From NCBI GenBank assembly GCA_963575745.1, contig CAUYUJ010000103.1, positions 248,001-312,000 of the forward strand: DNA of 64,000 nucleotides, given 5' to 3'. Below are positions 22,169-33,399 of this stretch, one piece after another. The DNA comes from Prorocentrum cordatum (taxonomy: Eukaryota). How positions within the stretch are numbered: position 1 is the first letter of the stretch; every line of letters starts with the position of its first letter. The notes beneath the pieces were generated by a model, which was given only the letters and a program-made list of their open reading frames with translations, searched no databases and was not told the DNA's origin. Both the position numbers and the translations under genes were made by a program.

Positions 22169-25100
22169 CCCCCATCCCTCCCCCAACACACACGCACACC
22201 ACCGCCACGCAAACCGCTCCCACAACGCACACACACACACGCAGGGACGCGTGCACACCACCACAATACGCGCACGCACACACACGCACAGACACACGCG
22301 GACACACACACACACACACCCACGCACACACACACACGCACCTGCGCACCACCACCACCATCACCACACCGCCACCACCACGCACGCGCACACACGCACA
22401 CACACGCGCCCACCCACTCACCACACAGAGGCGCACGCGCGCACGCACCCGCACAAGCACGTATGCACCCACACACGCACGCACACGCACACACACACAT
22501 CAGGGACGCGCGCTGGCACATGCACGTTCGCACATACACGCGCAAACACGCACGCGCGCACACACACACTCACGCGCATGCGCGCACACGCGCGCCCCTC
22601 ACGCACACGCACACACACACGCGCACAACGCATGCACGCACGCGCGCACGCACGCACGCGCACCCCCCCCCCACCACCACCGCGCCCCCCCCATCACCAC
22701 GTCCCCCCCCCCCCACCACTACCACCCACTCTCATTATCCAGGGGGCCGCGAGATCTCGTCTGGTTGCGTGGCGTACAACTCCGCTGGATTGCCCAGGAG
22801 CTCACAGAAGTTGCGACAGTTGCGCCGTTGACAGCCCCCCCCCCCCCTCCCCCTCGCAATGCAAAGGCTCGTGGTCAAGTCTTGCCGGGCCCATGCTGCG
22901 TGTAACCCTGCCATGGTCTGAGCCATCCCTGCCTAGCTCAGCCGAGTCAGCCCAGTCTGAGCCAACTCGAATGCAATGGTCGTATAAGTGTGGGTGCCGA
23001 GTGTGCACGCAAAGGGCCCCACCGTTCGCTGTGCCTGAGGAAGATCTGTGGGCCAGTGTGTGTGTCCCGGGGTGGGGTGGGGAGGAGGGCGCTTGCGGGG
23101 CCCGAGTGATGTGTTCATTTGATTTTTTGTTTATTGGCTGGGCTCACGGTCCCAGCGCTGCAGGATTTCGGACGTCGGAGTCGCGCCCGGTCGCGCTTGA
23201 ATCGCATCGCCCCCCCCACCCCCCCCCACCCCCCCCCCCCCCCCCAGGGATGCGCGCGACGGGCCCTGCGCATCCAAGTCGCAGGCCACAGGCGGTCGCG
23301 AACTGGCCCAAGGGCCCCGCGTGGCACGCGCCAGGCGCGGCGTCGCAGGCCGCGAGGGCTCGCGTCTTACGCCCCGAGAGCTCGCGTCGGCGGGGCCACG
23401 CCTCGACCCCAAAGCGAAGAAACGTTCTAGACATCATCGTGGCATTCGTTTTCGCATACTTCCACGCGGTAGTCCTCGCAATCCCATCGCGGCGCCCTTC
23501 GTTCTTCCGTTCCCCTATCTGTTCCGCCCTGCCCCCGCTCGGCGATGGGCGCGTCGCCCAAAATTAATAATTTGCCGACGAAGAATTGTCAGGGATTTTC
23601 CAACATGGCCACTTGTGTTTTTCCATCCCAGGTCGCGGCAGAGCCAGGGGCGCGGCGCAGGCAGCGATCGCCAGTGGTCCCAGAGCATAGGGTCGAGCGC
23701 AACGTTCTCGAATAACGGACTGCGTGACGCCTCCGGCCGGGGGATGAGCGCACTGTCGCAAGATGGGCGGCCCCGAGAGCGTCGCAAAGCGACGGCCGAG
23801 GAAAAGCTCGCGCGCGACCAGTGGGGGGCCAAAATGGACAGGACAAGTGGGGGCGCCCGCGCAAACGGAGCGGCGGCCACATTTTCGCCGCCGCGCAGAA
23901 CATGAAGAAAAACGAAGCGCCTGGAGGACCCGGCGGTGGACAACGCGATGAATTCAAAGGGAAGGGGGAAGGAGGGGGAACCGAGTCAGTGCTGGAGGTT
24001 TGTTGCGACTGGCTCTCGCCGCCATGGAAGGGGTCGCCGGGGTGGCGGGGGGGGGGGCGGGCGGGGGGGGGGGCGCTCCTTGGCGCCCGCGGCGAGGGCA
24101 GCTGGCGCGCAGCGGCAGTCTCGATGGCGTCGGCGCCGCGGGCGGGGGCGGCGGTTTCGATGCCGCGCCTCCACGTGAGAGCGCATTTATAAACGCTTCC
24201 TCTGCGGCGGCTTACGCCCGCCCCTCGCGCGCGTTCCCATCGCGCCCCCCGGGGGAGGACACCGCGGGCAATGAGAATGTCGCCGGGCGACGCCTTCGCG
24301 TCTGACCCCAGGTGGGCAAGAGACAGAGAGCAGCGCGATGACGCGAATCGGGGCCTAGCTAACGACAAGGCTGCTAAAACGGAAGAAGACGCACGGCGTC
24401 TATGGACCAATTAGGAACGATGCTCAGACGGTGCCTTTTCCGACGCCTGCCGCGACTCGGAGGGCGATTGCGTCGCTGCGTCTGCGCGGAGAACCTTCGA
24501 CGCAACGTGCGTTAAACGAGCTGGCCCGGCTCGTCTGGGCCACGCGCGTTTTGTTATTCGCGCAGGGTGCGGATTTAATTTGATAGCTGCGCGCTTTCGA
24601 GAGCCCCGGCTAACAGACAGGATCAAGTCTTTGCGAACGCATATAACCCTCGACCCCGCTGGGGGGGCGAGCGCAGGCTCTCGGCGCCGTGAAAATCGCG
24701 AGCGATGAGCCGTGCGGGGGGAGCATTTGGGCCATTGTCATGCCGGACGCGGCGAGCGTGATATCGGTGGGTGAACTCTGCGTTGACCGCGACCACAGAT
24801 TCAACGCCGGCGGAGACCCGGCGGAGCCCCGCGCCTACTTCTACCAAGTGGAGGACGTCTTGACCTGACAGTGGATGGCAAGATCCCGTGCAGAACCATG
24901 GAAGGCAGAGGGGCCCTGGGTCAGGTAGACGAGGAATCTCCCGGGGGCCCGGCAGGGCTGGCGCGGTGGGCTTGCGTTGAGACTAGCGCGAAGATCTTCC
25001 TCGGCGATCCTGTGAAGGCGGGGGCCGTCCGCCCCAGGCGATCAGGCATCGCGCAACCTTTCAAATGCGCTCGCAAATGGCCATTGCCGAGGTCGCGCAT

Positions 25101-25435
25101 CCCGACGGAATGAAGGGAATGAGAAGCTCCGGCGCTGGGGGAAGCAGCGCCTCAACCGTGGCGGGGCCAAGCGGTTTTGACGCACTCGCTTATTTCTAAC
25201 ATTTATGTGCCCCAGCTGGCAATCGAACAGGGCTGGGGAGGATCCGGCACCTGCTGCGCCGGCAATACTTACTCGCAAGACGAATTCTCTGGAGACGGTG
25301 TCTCAGGAGATGTCAAAAGAGAAAGAACGGCGCGACGAGAGTGCCGCGTTCCACGGCCGTGCCTGCCCCGGGCGACGTCCATGTCGCCAAGGTAGTGCCT
25401 GGCGGAATAGCAATCGTCGACGTGGTCGACGACTT
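21922..25435 (+). repeat. Direct duplicate of 31524-34907: (CA)-rich tract plus the 5' part of a decayed Copia
   Basis: Both copies start ccccaaacaacacccgcacttagc and end gtggtcgacgactt; ~23600-25435 is nearly identical to ~33072-34907 (offset 9472). Confidence 0.93.
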
Positions 25436-25440
25436 GCACA

Positions 25441-25760
25441 ACGGAGCCAACACCGCACAAACGGAGCCAACGCCGCACAAACGGAGCCAACGCCGCACAA
25501 ACGGAGCCAACACCGCACAAACGGAGCCAACGCCGCACAAACGGAGACAGCACCGCACAAACGGAGCCAACACCGCACAGACGCAGCCACCACCGCACAA
25601 ACGGAGCCAACGCCGCACAAACGGAGCCAACACCGCACAAACGGAGCCAACACCGCACAGACGAAGCCAACGCCGCACAAATGGAGCCAACACCGCACAA
25701 ACGGAGCCAACACCGCACGACCGGAGCCAACACCGCACAAACGGAGCCAACGCCGATCAA
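25441..25760. repeat. 20-bp minisatellite ACGGAGCCAACRCCGCACAA, 16 units
   Basis: Head-to-tail units with no spacers. Confidence 0.97.
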
Positions 25761-26240
25761 ACGGAACCCCCCTTCTTTTTATGTTCTCTTCACGATGATT
25801 GCGCCGGGACAAAGAAGGCGCAGTGCTCGTAGGAGGGCCGCCACTTTCCATGAACACCCTCGTCTCCTCGGCCGCCTCGTCGCGCCACCGCCTTCCCCCG
25901 CGCCGCCAGCTTGAGCCGTGGGGGGCCTTGGCGACGGGTGCAAGTGCGATCGCAAATTGAGCGGCCCCGGGGGAGGCTTGAGACCCGGCTTCGTGTTGTC
26001 ACCGTGGGTAGCACGGTGCTCGCAGGCGGCCATCGTGGCCGACGCTCAAGGTCGGGGCAGTCGCTGGGCAGATCGAGGCCGAGCTCTGGGTGCTTCCCAG
26101 TGGCGCCGCTGGTTCACTCCGCACGCAATGCCCTGACTGTAATGGGAATGTTTGGGCTTGGACTGAGTTGGAACATGCGGCTTGGATCTCTGGGCAACTG
26201 GCTTGGAGTTCTTCCGACGCGGCGGAGGAGGGGGGGGGGG

Positions 26241-26727
26241 CGCGCTACAGACCCCCGACGCGCGCGTCGGAGTTCTGTGTTGTCCACAAAAGAAATGTCG
26301 ATATGCCACTCTAAAAACTGAATTCTAAATTTCTGCGGTTCTTTAAGGAGGCCGACGGGCGCGTCGACTTCTCTATTGTGGGCGCTACAGACCCCCGACG
26401 CGCGCGAGCGCGCGCGCCTCGGAGTTCTGCGTTGTCCACAACAGAGAAGCAGATATGCAAATATTAAAAATGAACTATAAAGTTCTATGGCTCTTTAAGG
26501 AGGCCGGCGCGCGCGTCGACTTCTCTATTGTGGGCATCAGAGACCCCCGACGCGCGCGCGCGACGGCGCTCTGTGTTGTCCACAAGAGAACAAACTGAAT
26601 TCTAGAATTCTGTTGCTCTGTAGGGAGGCCGACGGGCGCGTCGACTTCTTTATTGTGGGCGCTACAGACCACCCCCGCGCGCGCGCGTCGGATTTCTGCG
26701 TCGTCCACAAGAGAAATGTCTATGCAA
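26241..26727. repeat. ~140-bp tandem repeat (about 4 units); second cluster of the same family at ~29383-29780
   Basis: Recurring gcgctacagacccccgacgcgcgcgtcggagttct...ctttaaggaggccgacgggcgcgtcgacttctctattg. Confidence 0.88.
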
Positions 26728-26894
26728 ATCAGAGTGAGGGGGCCGAACGGTCATTCACTGTCCCTGGGTGCGTGGCTGAAGTGGAATTCCGCGGTGCGGA
26801 TTCTCGTTGTTGTTGTTGCGTGTTGTTGTTTGTTGTTGTTGTTTGTTGTTGTTTGTTGTTGTTTGTTGTCGTCGCCCCGCCCGCAACCCGCCCC

Positions 26895-27290
26895 GCGACC
26901 CGCCCGCGACCCAACCCGCGACCCACCTCGCGACCCACCCGCGACCCACCCGCGACCCACCCGCGACCCACCCCGCGACCCACCCCGCGACCCACCCCGC
27001 GACCCACCCGCGACCCACCCGCGACCCACCCCGCGGGAACCCCCACCCGCGAACCCACCCGCGACCCCACCGAGACCCGCCGCGCCCCAACCGCGAAACC
27101 CACCCCGCGACCCCCCCGCCGACCCACCCGCGACCCACCCGCGACCCACCCCGCGAACCACCCGCGACCCACACGACGAACACGAACCACCACGCGACCC
27201 GCCTGCGACCCGCCCGAGACCCAACCCGCGACCCACCCGCGACCCACCCGCGACCCACCCGCGACCTACCCCGCGACCCACCCGCGACCC
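26895..27290. repeat. 11-12-bp minisatellite (CCCGCGACCCA)n
   Basis: Tandem units; diverged extensions to ~27700. Confidence 0.92.
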
Positions 27291-28169
27291 ACTTTCGACC
27301 CAAACCACGTTGAAGGTACCAACCACAATTTTCGGCGCCTGTTTTTTTTTTTTTTTGTTTGTTCTTCCTTCTTTCCGCGTGGAGAGCCCGCGACCCACCC
27401 CGTGACCAACTCGCGACCAACCCGCGATCCAAACCACGTTCAGGGTACAAACCACATTTTTCGGCGCCTGCGGCGGGCATCTTTTGAATTCATTTCAGGT
27501 GGAGAGCCCGCGGGCCACCCGCGACCACGTTCAGGGTACAAACTCATTCGTTCCCGGTGGAGAACCCGCGGCGCACCCGCGACCCAAACCACGTTCAGTG
27601 TGCAAACCAATGTTTGTTGGCGCCTGCGGCGGGTTGCTTTTGCATTCCTTCCAGGTGCAGGCGAAGAGCTTGCGACCCACCCGCGACCTAAACCACGTTC
27701 ACTGAACAAACCAATGCCGCGCAAACGCGGCGGCGGATTTTCGCGCGCCGTCTGAGCCTGCAAGGACCTCTTCAAGCCCGGCGCATCCACGCCGGCCCGC
27801 CCAGCAACTCTGCCCCGGCGAGTTGCCTTGATCAGAGAAGGCGGGAAGCATAAAGTGGGAAAAAGGACTGCGTTGCAGTTATCCGCAAGGGCTTCGCCCC
27901 CTGCCGCCGGCCCCCTCTCTCGGAGAATGGGCCATGGAAGAGCTAAGTCATGAGGCCTTGGCGCTGTCGTGAAGCAGTATCGAAACTTCATGCGAAGCCG
28001 AGTCGCAATCAGAAAAACCAACTGATCACAAGAGGGGTTACCACACCTGGCGATTGGTAAGACGTGTATGGTTTAAGGGCTTGGTTACCACACCTTGCGA
28101 TGAAAGGGCCGAGGGAGTTCTCGCAGTTTGGGTTGCCGCGCCTTGCGATGGATGTGCGTGATGGGTTCG

Positions 28170-28639
28170 AATTTCAGAAATGTAGCAAATCCTTTTTTTT
28201 GACCCTGACCCCGCGGATCTGCGTAAGGGGTGGCACCGAATCTCAGAAATGTCGCAAATCCCTTGTTTTTGGACCCTGACCCCGCGGATCTGCGCGAGGG
28301 GTGGCACCGAAGTTCAGAAATGTGGCAAATCCATTGCGTGTTTGGACCCTAACCCCGCGGATCTGCGTGAGGGGTGGCACCACATTTCAGAAATGTGGCA
28401 AATCCCATGTGTTTTTGGACCCTGACCCCGCGGATCTGCGCGAGGGGTGGGACCGCATTTCAGAAATGTTGCAAATCCCTTGTGTTTTTTGGACCCTGGC
28501 ACCGCGGATCTGCGTGAGGGGTGGCACCGAATTTCAGAAATGTGGCAAATATTTTGTGTTTTTGGACCCTGACCCCGCGGAAATGTTGCAAATCCCTTGT
28601 GTTTTTTGACCCTGGCCCCGCGGATCTGCGCGAGGGGTG
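28170..28639. repeat. ~72-bp tandem repeat, 6-7 units
   Basis: The gaccctgaccccgcggatctgcg motif recurs at about 28201, 28272, 28345, 28418, 28492 and 28565. Confidence 0.9.
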
Positions 28640-29382
28640 TCGATTTCGAGCCCCCCCCCCAGCGATTCAGACAACGCGCCCAGGGGGCGCTAAAAATGCA
28701 GTTTGGGCTTCCCCCCCCTCGCGCGGTCAATCAACTAGTTGCAGTAACCAGCAAGAAGTCAACAAGTTACAGTAACCAGCAAGAGGCAGAACTGTAACAC
28801 TGGAAACTACAAACTACAACTGGCACAGGAAACTGCGAATCACGCGCCTCGCAGCCTGGTGGCCTCACGAGGGGGCCGGCGGATCTTGGGAAAGGAGGGG
28901 GAGGCAGGGGGAGTGCACAGGGGACGAGGAGAACGCGGCAGAAGAGAGGATGTACGGATACTGTGGAGAGAGAAAAGGAGGAGGAGCAGGAGGACGAGGA
29001 GGGGGAGGGGGGGGGAGGGGAAGGAGGAGGACGAGGAGGGGGGGGAGGGGGGGGATGACGATGATGGACGACAATGGGAGGACGACGATGGAGGCCGATG
29101 AGGGGGGGGGGCGACGATGGGAGGACGATGATGAAAGGACGAGGGGGGGAGAGGGAACGCGAGGAAGAACAGGGGGGGGAGGAGGAGGAGGAGGAGGACG
29201 ATGAGGATGAGGACGAGGACGAGGAAGATGAGGAGGAGGAGGAGGCGGAGGAGGAGGAGGAGGAGGAGGAGGAGGAGAAGATCGCCATCGACAGGGAAGG
29301 CGGGGGCCGCGAGGTCCGCCGGCTCGACGACCGTCGCGTCGCCCGCGCCCGCCCCCTCACTCTGAACCGCAATTGCGGGATG

Positions 29383-29780
29383 CTACGTCTCAAAACTGAA
29401 TTCTGCATTTCTGTGGCTCTTTAAGGAGGCCGACTGGCGCGTCGACTTCTCTATTGGGGGCGCTACAGACCCCCGACGCGCGCGCGTCGGAGTTCTTTGT
29501 TGTCCACAAGAGAAAAGTCGATATGCAAACATAAAAACTGAATTCTACATTTCCGTGGCTCTTTCAGGAGGCCGACGGGCGCGTCGACTTCTCTATTGCG
29601 GGCGCTACAGACCCCCGACGCGCGCGCACGCGCGTCGGAGTTCTGTGTTGTCCACAATAGAAAAGTCGACATGTAAGTTAAAAAACCGAATTCTAAATTT
29701 CTGTGGCTCTTTAAGGAGGCCGACGGGTGCGTCGACTTTTCTATTGTGGGCGCTGCAGAACTCGCGCGCGCGTGTCGGAG
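29383..29780. repeat. ~140-bp tandem repeat, second cluster
   Basis: Same unit as 26241-26727. Confidence 0.88.
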
Positions 29781-30282
29781 GTCCATAGCAGGCTGGGTCC
29801 ATCTGTCGGGCCGCCCTCCGTCGCCGTCGCGCCGCGCGCGAGGGGTGGGAAACAGGCTGTGTATCTGTCGCGGCCCCGCCGGTCGCTGTCGCGCCGTTGG
29901 CCAGGCCGACATGTGCAGCTATGTGCAATCCATGCGTCTGGCCACCCCCGCGTCGCCGTCGCGCTGCGCGGGGAGTTCTGGAAACGAGCGAACTGTCTAT
30001 CTGTCGCGGCCTTGGCGGCCGCTGTCGCACCGTCGGCGAACGTGCCTGGTTACGTGCTGTGCATCTGTCTGGCCACCCGCCGTCGCCGTCGCACCGAAAA
30101 TATTGCGCGCCACGCATGGTTGAACTTCACTGTCCACGGCTCGCCCATCGCACATCGCACAACTTTATACAGTCATTTCTCAATAGTTCCGCGCGGCGGA
30201 CAGATCGTTGTTGCGCATCCGTCCGCGACGGACCCGTCGCCGCCGCGTCGGGGAGATCAGATTGGAAGGCGCCCCCCCATCA

Positions 30283-31020
30283 AATCTCGCCCACGGGGGA
30301 TACTAAATCGCGCCCATGGAGAAGATGAATCTCGCCCGCTGCGAAAATCAATCGCGCCCGCGGAAATGAATCGCGGCCGCGGAAAAAAAACCCATCGCGC
30401 CCGCGGAAAAAATAAACCGCGCCCGCGGAGAAAATAAATCGCGCCCGCGGAGACAACATCGCGCGAGGGGAGAACGTAGATCTCACCCGCGGCGAAGAAA
30501 ACGCACTCGCGGAAAGTTGAAACGCGCCCGCGGAGAAAATCAATCGCGTCCACGGGGGAAATAAATCGCGCCCATGGAGAGAATATTTCGCGCACGCGGT
30601 TAAAAGCAACCGCGCCCACGGAGAAAATAAACCGCGCCCGCGGATTAACAAAAAATAACACCCAGGGAAGATGAATTCGCGCCCGCGGAAAAATCGCGCC
30701 CGCGGAGAAAAAAACAATCGCGCCTTCGGCGGAAAAATCGCGCGCGCGAAGAAAATAAATCGCGCCCGCGGGGAGAAGAAACCGCGCCCGCGGAGCAAAT
30801 GAACCACGGCCACGGAGAAACTGATTCGCAGCCACGGAGAAAATAAATTGCGCCCGCGGAGAAAATCAATCGCGCCCACGGAGAGAACGCACCCCTGGGG
30901 AAAAGGCATCGCGCCCGCGGGGGAAGTACATCGCGCCCATGGAGAGAATAAATCGCTCCCATGGGGGAAATAAATCGCGCGCGCAGAGAAAATAAATCGC
31001 ACCCGCGGAGAGAATTTTCC
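30283..31020. repeat. Degenerate ~22-bp minisatellite (AAATAAATCGCGCCCGCGGAGA)n
   Basis: Roughly 30 diverged units alternating an A-tract with cgcgcccgcgg. Confidence 0.88.
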
Positions 31021-33399
31021 CAAACGCAACCTCCCCTTCCCGCGAGACGGGCGCCAGAGATGGACATCTGCCCGATGCAATCGCGCCCGCACTTGGCGCC
31101 GCGCGCAAGCGCGAGCGAACGGGGCGGAATCTGCGACCGCCGCGTTGGTAAGCGCCGCCCCGCGCGCACGACAAACGCCAAGTACAATCCCGACCCATCC
31201 TATAGCAATGACTGCTGCAACAAGGACCGGCCAACTCGAGATGACACATGGCGCGGTGGCAGCCCCCCCCCCGCCCCCCCCTCCCCACTCCGCCACCGCC
31301 CCACCGCGCGCGCGCGCACGCGCGCAAACCGCGCGCCCCCGCCGCCCCCCCCGCCACCACTTCGAGTGCGTACGTGCGCACACACATACAAACACCCACA
31401 CATGCGTGCATGCGCATGCATGCATGCTTGCATGCACGTACAATTATATATATATATATATACACGAATGTGTGTGTGCGCGTGTATATACACATGTACG
31501 TCTGTGTATAAAACTACGTATCTCCCCAAACAACACCCGCACTTAGCACCGCGACCACGCATGCACACCGCCACCGCCCACCCACGCACGCGCGCGCACC
31601 ACGCGCGCGCACGCAAACACGCCACGCGCACACACACACGCACGCGCGCACACACACGAACGCACGCGCACACACACGCGCCCCCCCATCCCTCCCCCAA
31701 CGCACACGCACACCACCGCCACGCAAACCGCTCCCACAACGCACACACACACACGCAGGGACGCGTGCACACCACCACAATACGCGCACGCACACACACG
31801 CACATACACACGCAGACACACACACCCACACACACACACCTGCGCACCACCGCCACCATCACCACGCCGCCACCACCACGCACGCGCACACACGCACACA
31901 CACACACACGCCCACCCACTCACCACACAGAGGCGCACGCGCGCACGCACCCGCGCAAGCACGCATGCACACACGCACGCACACGCACCCACACGCACAC
32001 ACACACACACATCAGGGACGCGCACTGGCACATGCACGCTCGCACATACACGCGCAAACACGCACGCACACACGCGCGCGCACACACGCGCGCGCACGCG
32101 CACGCGCATGCACGCACACGCACGCCCCTCACGCACACGCACATACACACACACACACACACGCGCACAACGCATGCACGCACGCGCGCACGCACGCACG
32201 CGCACTCCTCCCCACCACCACCGCGCCCCCTCCCATCACCACGTCCCCCCCCCACCACTACCACCCACTTTCATTATCCAGGGAACCGCGAGATCTCGTC
32301 TTGCTCGCGTGGCGTACAACTCCGCTGGACTACCCGGGAGCTTACAGAAGTTGCGACAGTTGCGCCGTTGACAGCCCCCCCCCGCCCCCCTCGCAATGCA
32401 AAGGCTCGTGGTCAAGTCTTACCAGGCCCATGCTGCGTGTAACCCTGTCATGGTCTAGGCCATCCCTGCCTAGCTCAGCCGAGTCAGCCCAGTCTGAGCC
32501 AACTCGAATGCAATGGCAAATTTGGGCCCGATGCCCCAAGGGCCCCCGTCGCATGCTTGAGAAGACGGCCCCGTGAGCCCCGGGGTGGGGTGGGGTGGAG
32601 GGCGCTTCGCGGGGCCCAGGAACTCGCGCCGCGGGCTTCGGTCCCTGGCGATTTCGGCCGTCGGAGTCGCGCGGCGCGCTTGGAATTCGCATCGCCCCCC
32701 CCCACCCCCCCCGCCCCAGGGATGCGCGTGAAGGGCCCTGAGCATCCAAGTCGCAGGCCACAGGTGGTCGCGAACTGGCCCCAGGGCCCCGCGTGGCAGG
32801 CCCCAGGCGCGGCGTCGCAGGCCGCGAGGGCTCGCGTCTTAAGCCCCGAGAGCTCGCGTCGGCGGGGTCATGCCTCGACCCCAAAGCGAAGAAACGTTCT
32901 AGACATCATCGTGGCATTCGTTTTCGCGTATTCCACGCGGTAGTCCTCGCAATCACATCGCGGCGCCCTTCGTTCTTCCGTTCCCCTATCTGTTCCGCCC
33001 CGCCCCCGCTCGGCGATGGGCGCGCCGCCCAAAATTAATAATTTGCCGACGAAGTATTGTTAAGGATCTTCCAACATGGCCACTTGTGTTTTTTCCATCC
33101 CAGGTCGCGGCAGAGCCAGGGGCGCGGCGCAGGCAGCGATCGCCAGTGGTCCCAGAGCATAGGGTCGAGCGCAACGTTCTCGAATAACGGACTGCGTGAC
33201 GCCTCCGGCCGGGGGATGAGCGCACTGTCGCAAGATGGGCGGCCCCGAGAGCGTCGCAAAGCGACGGCCGAGGAAAAGCTCGCGCGCGACCAGTGGGGGG
33301 CCAAAATGGACAGGACAAGTGGGGGCGCCCGCGCAAACGGAGCGGCGGCCACATTTTCGCCGCCGCGCAGAACATGAAGAAAAACGAAGCGCCTGGAGG

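Noticed and set aside
21673..22700. His/Thr- and Cys/Val-rich ORFs (also 12341-13605, 30866-32576)
   Set aside because: Translations of (CA)n/(GT)n microsatellites.
25441..25760. CRISPR-like regular array
   Set aside because: Units are head-to-tail with no unique spacers, there are no cas genes, and the context is eukaryotic.
26241..28639. ~140-bp and ~72-bp repeats as CRISPR repeat-spacer arrays
   Set aside because: The sequence between the conserved cores is itself homologous from unit to unit.
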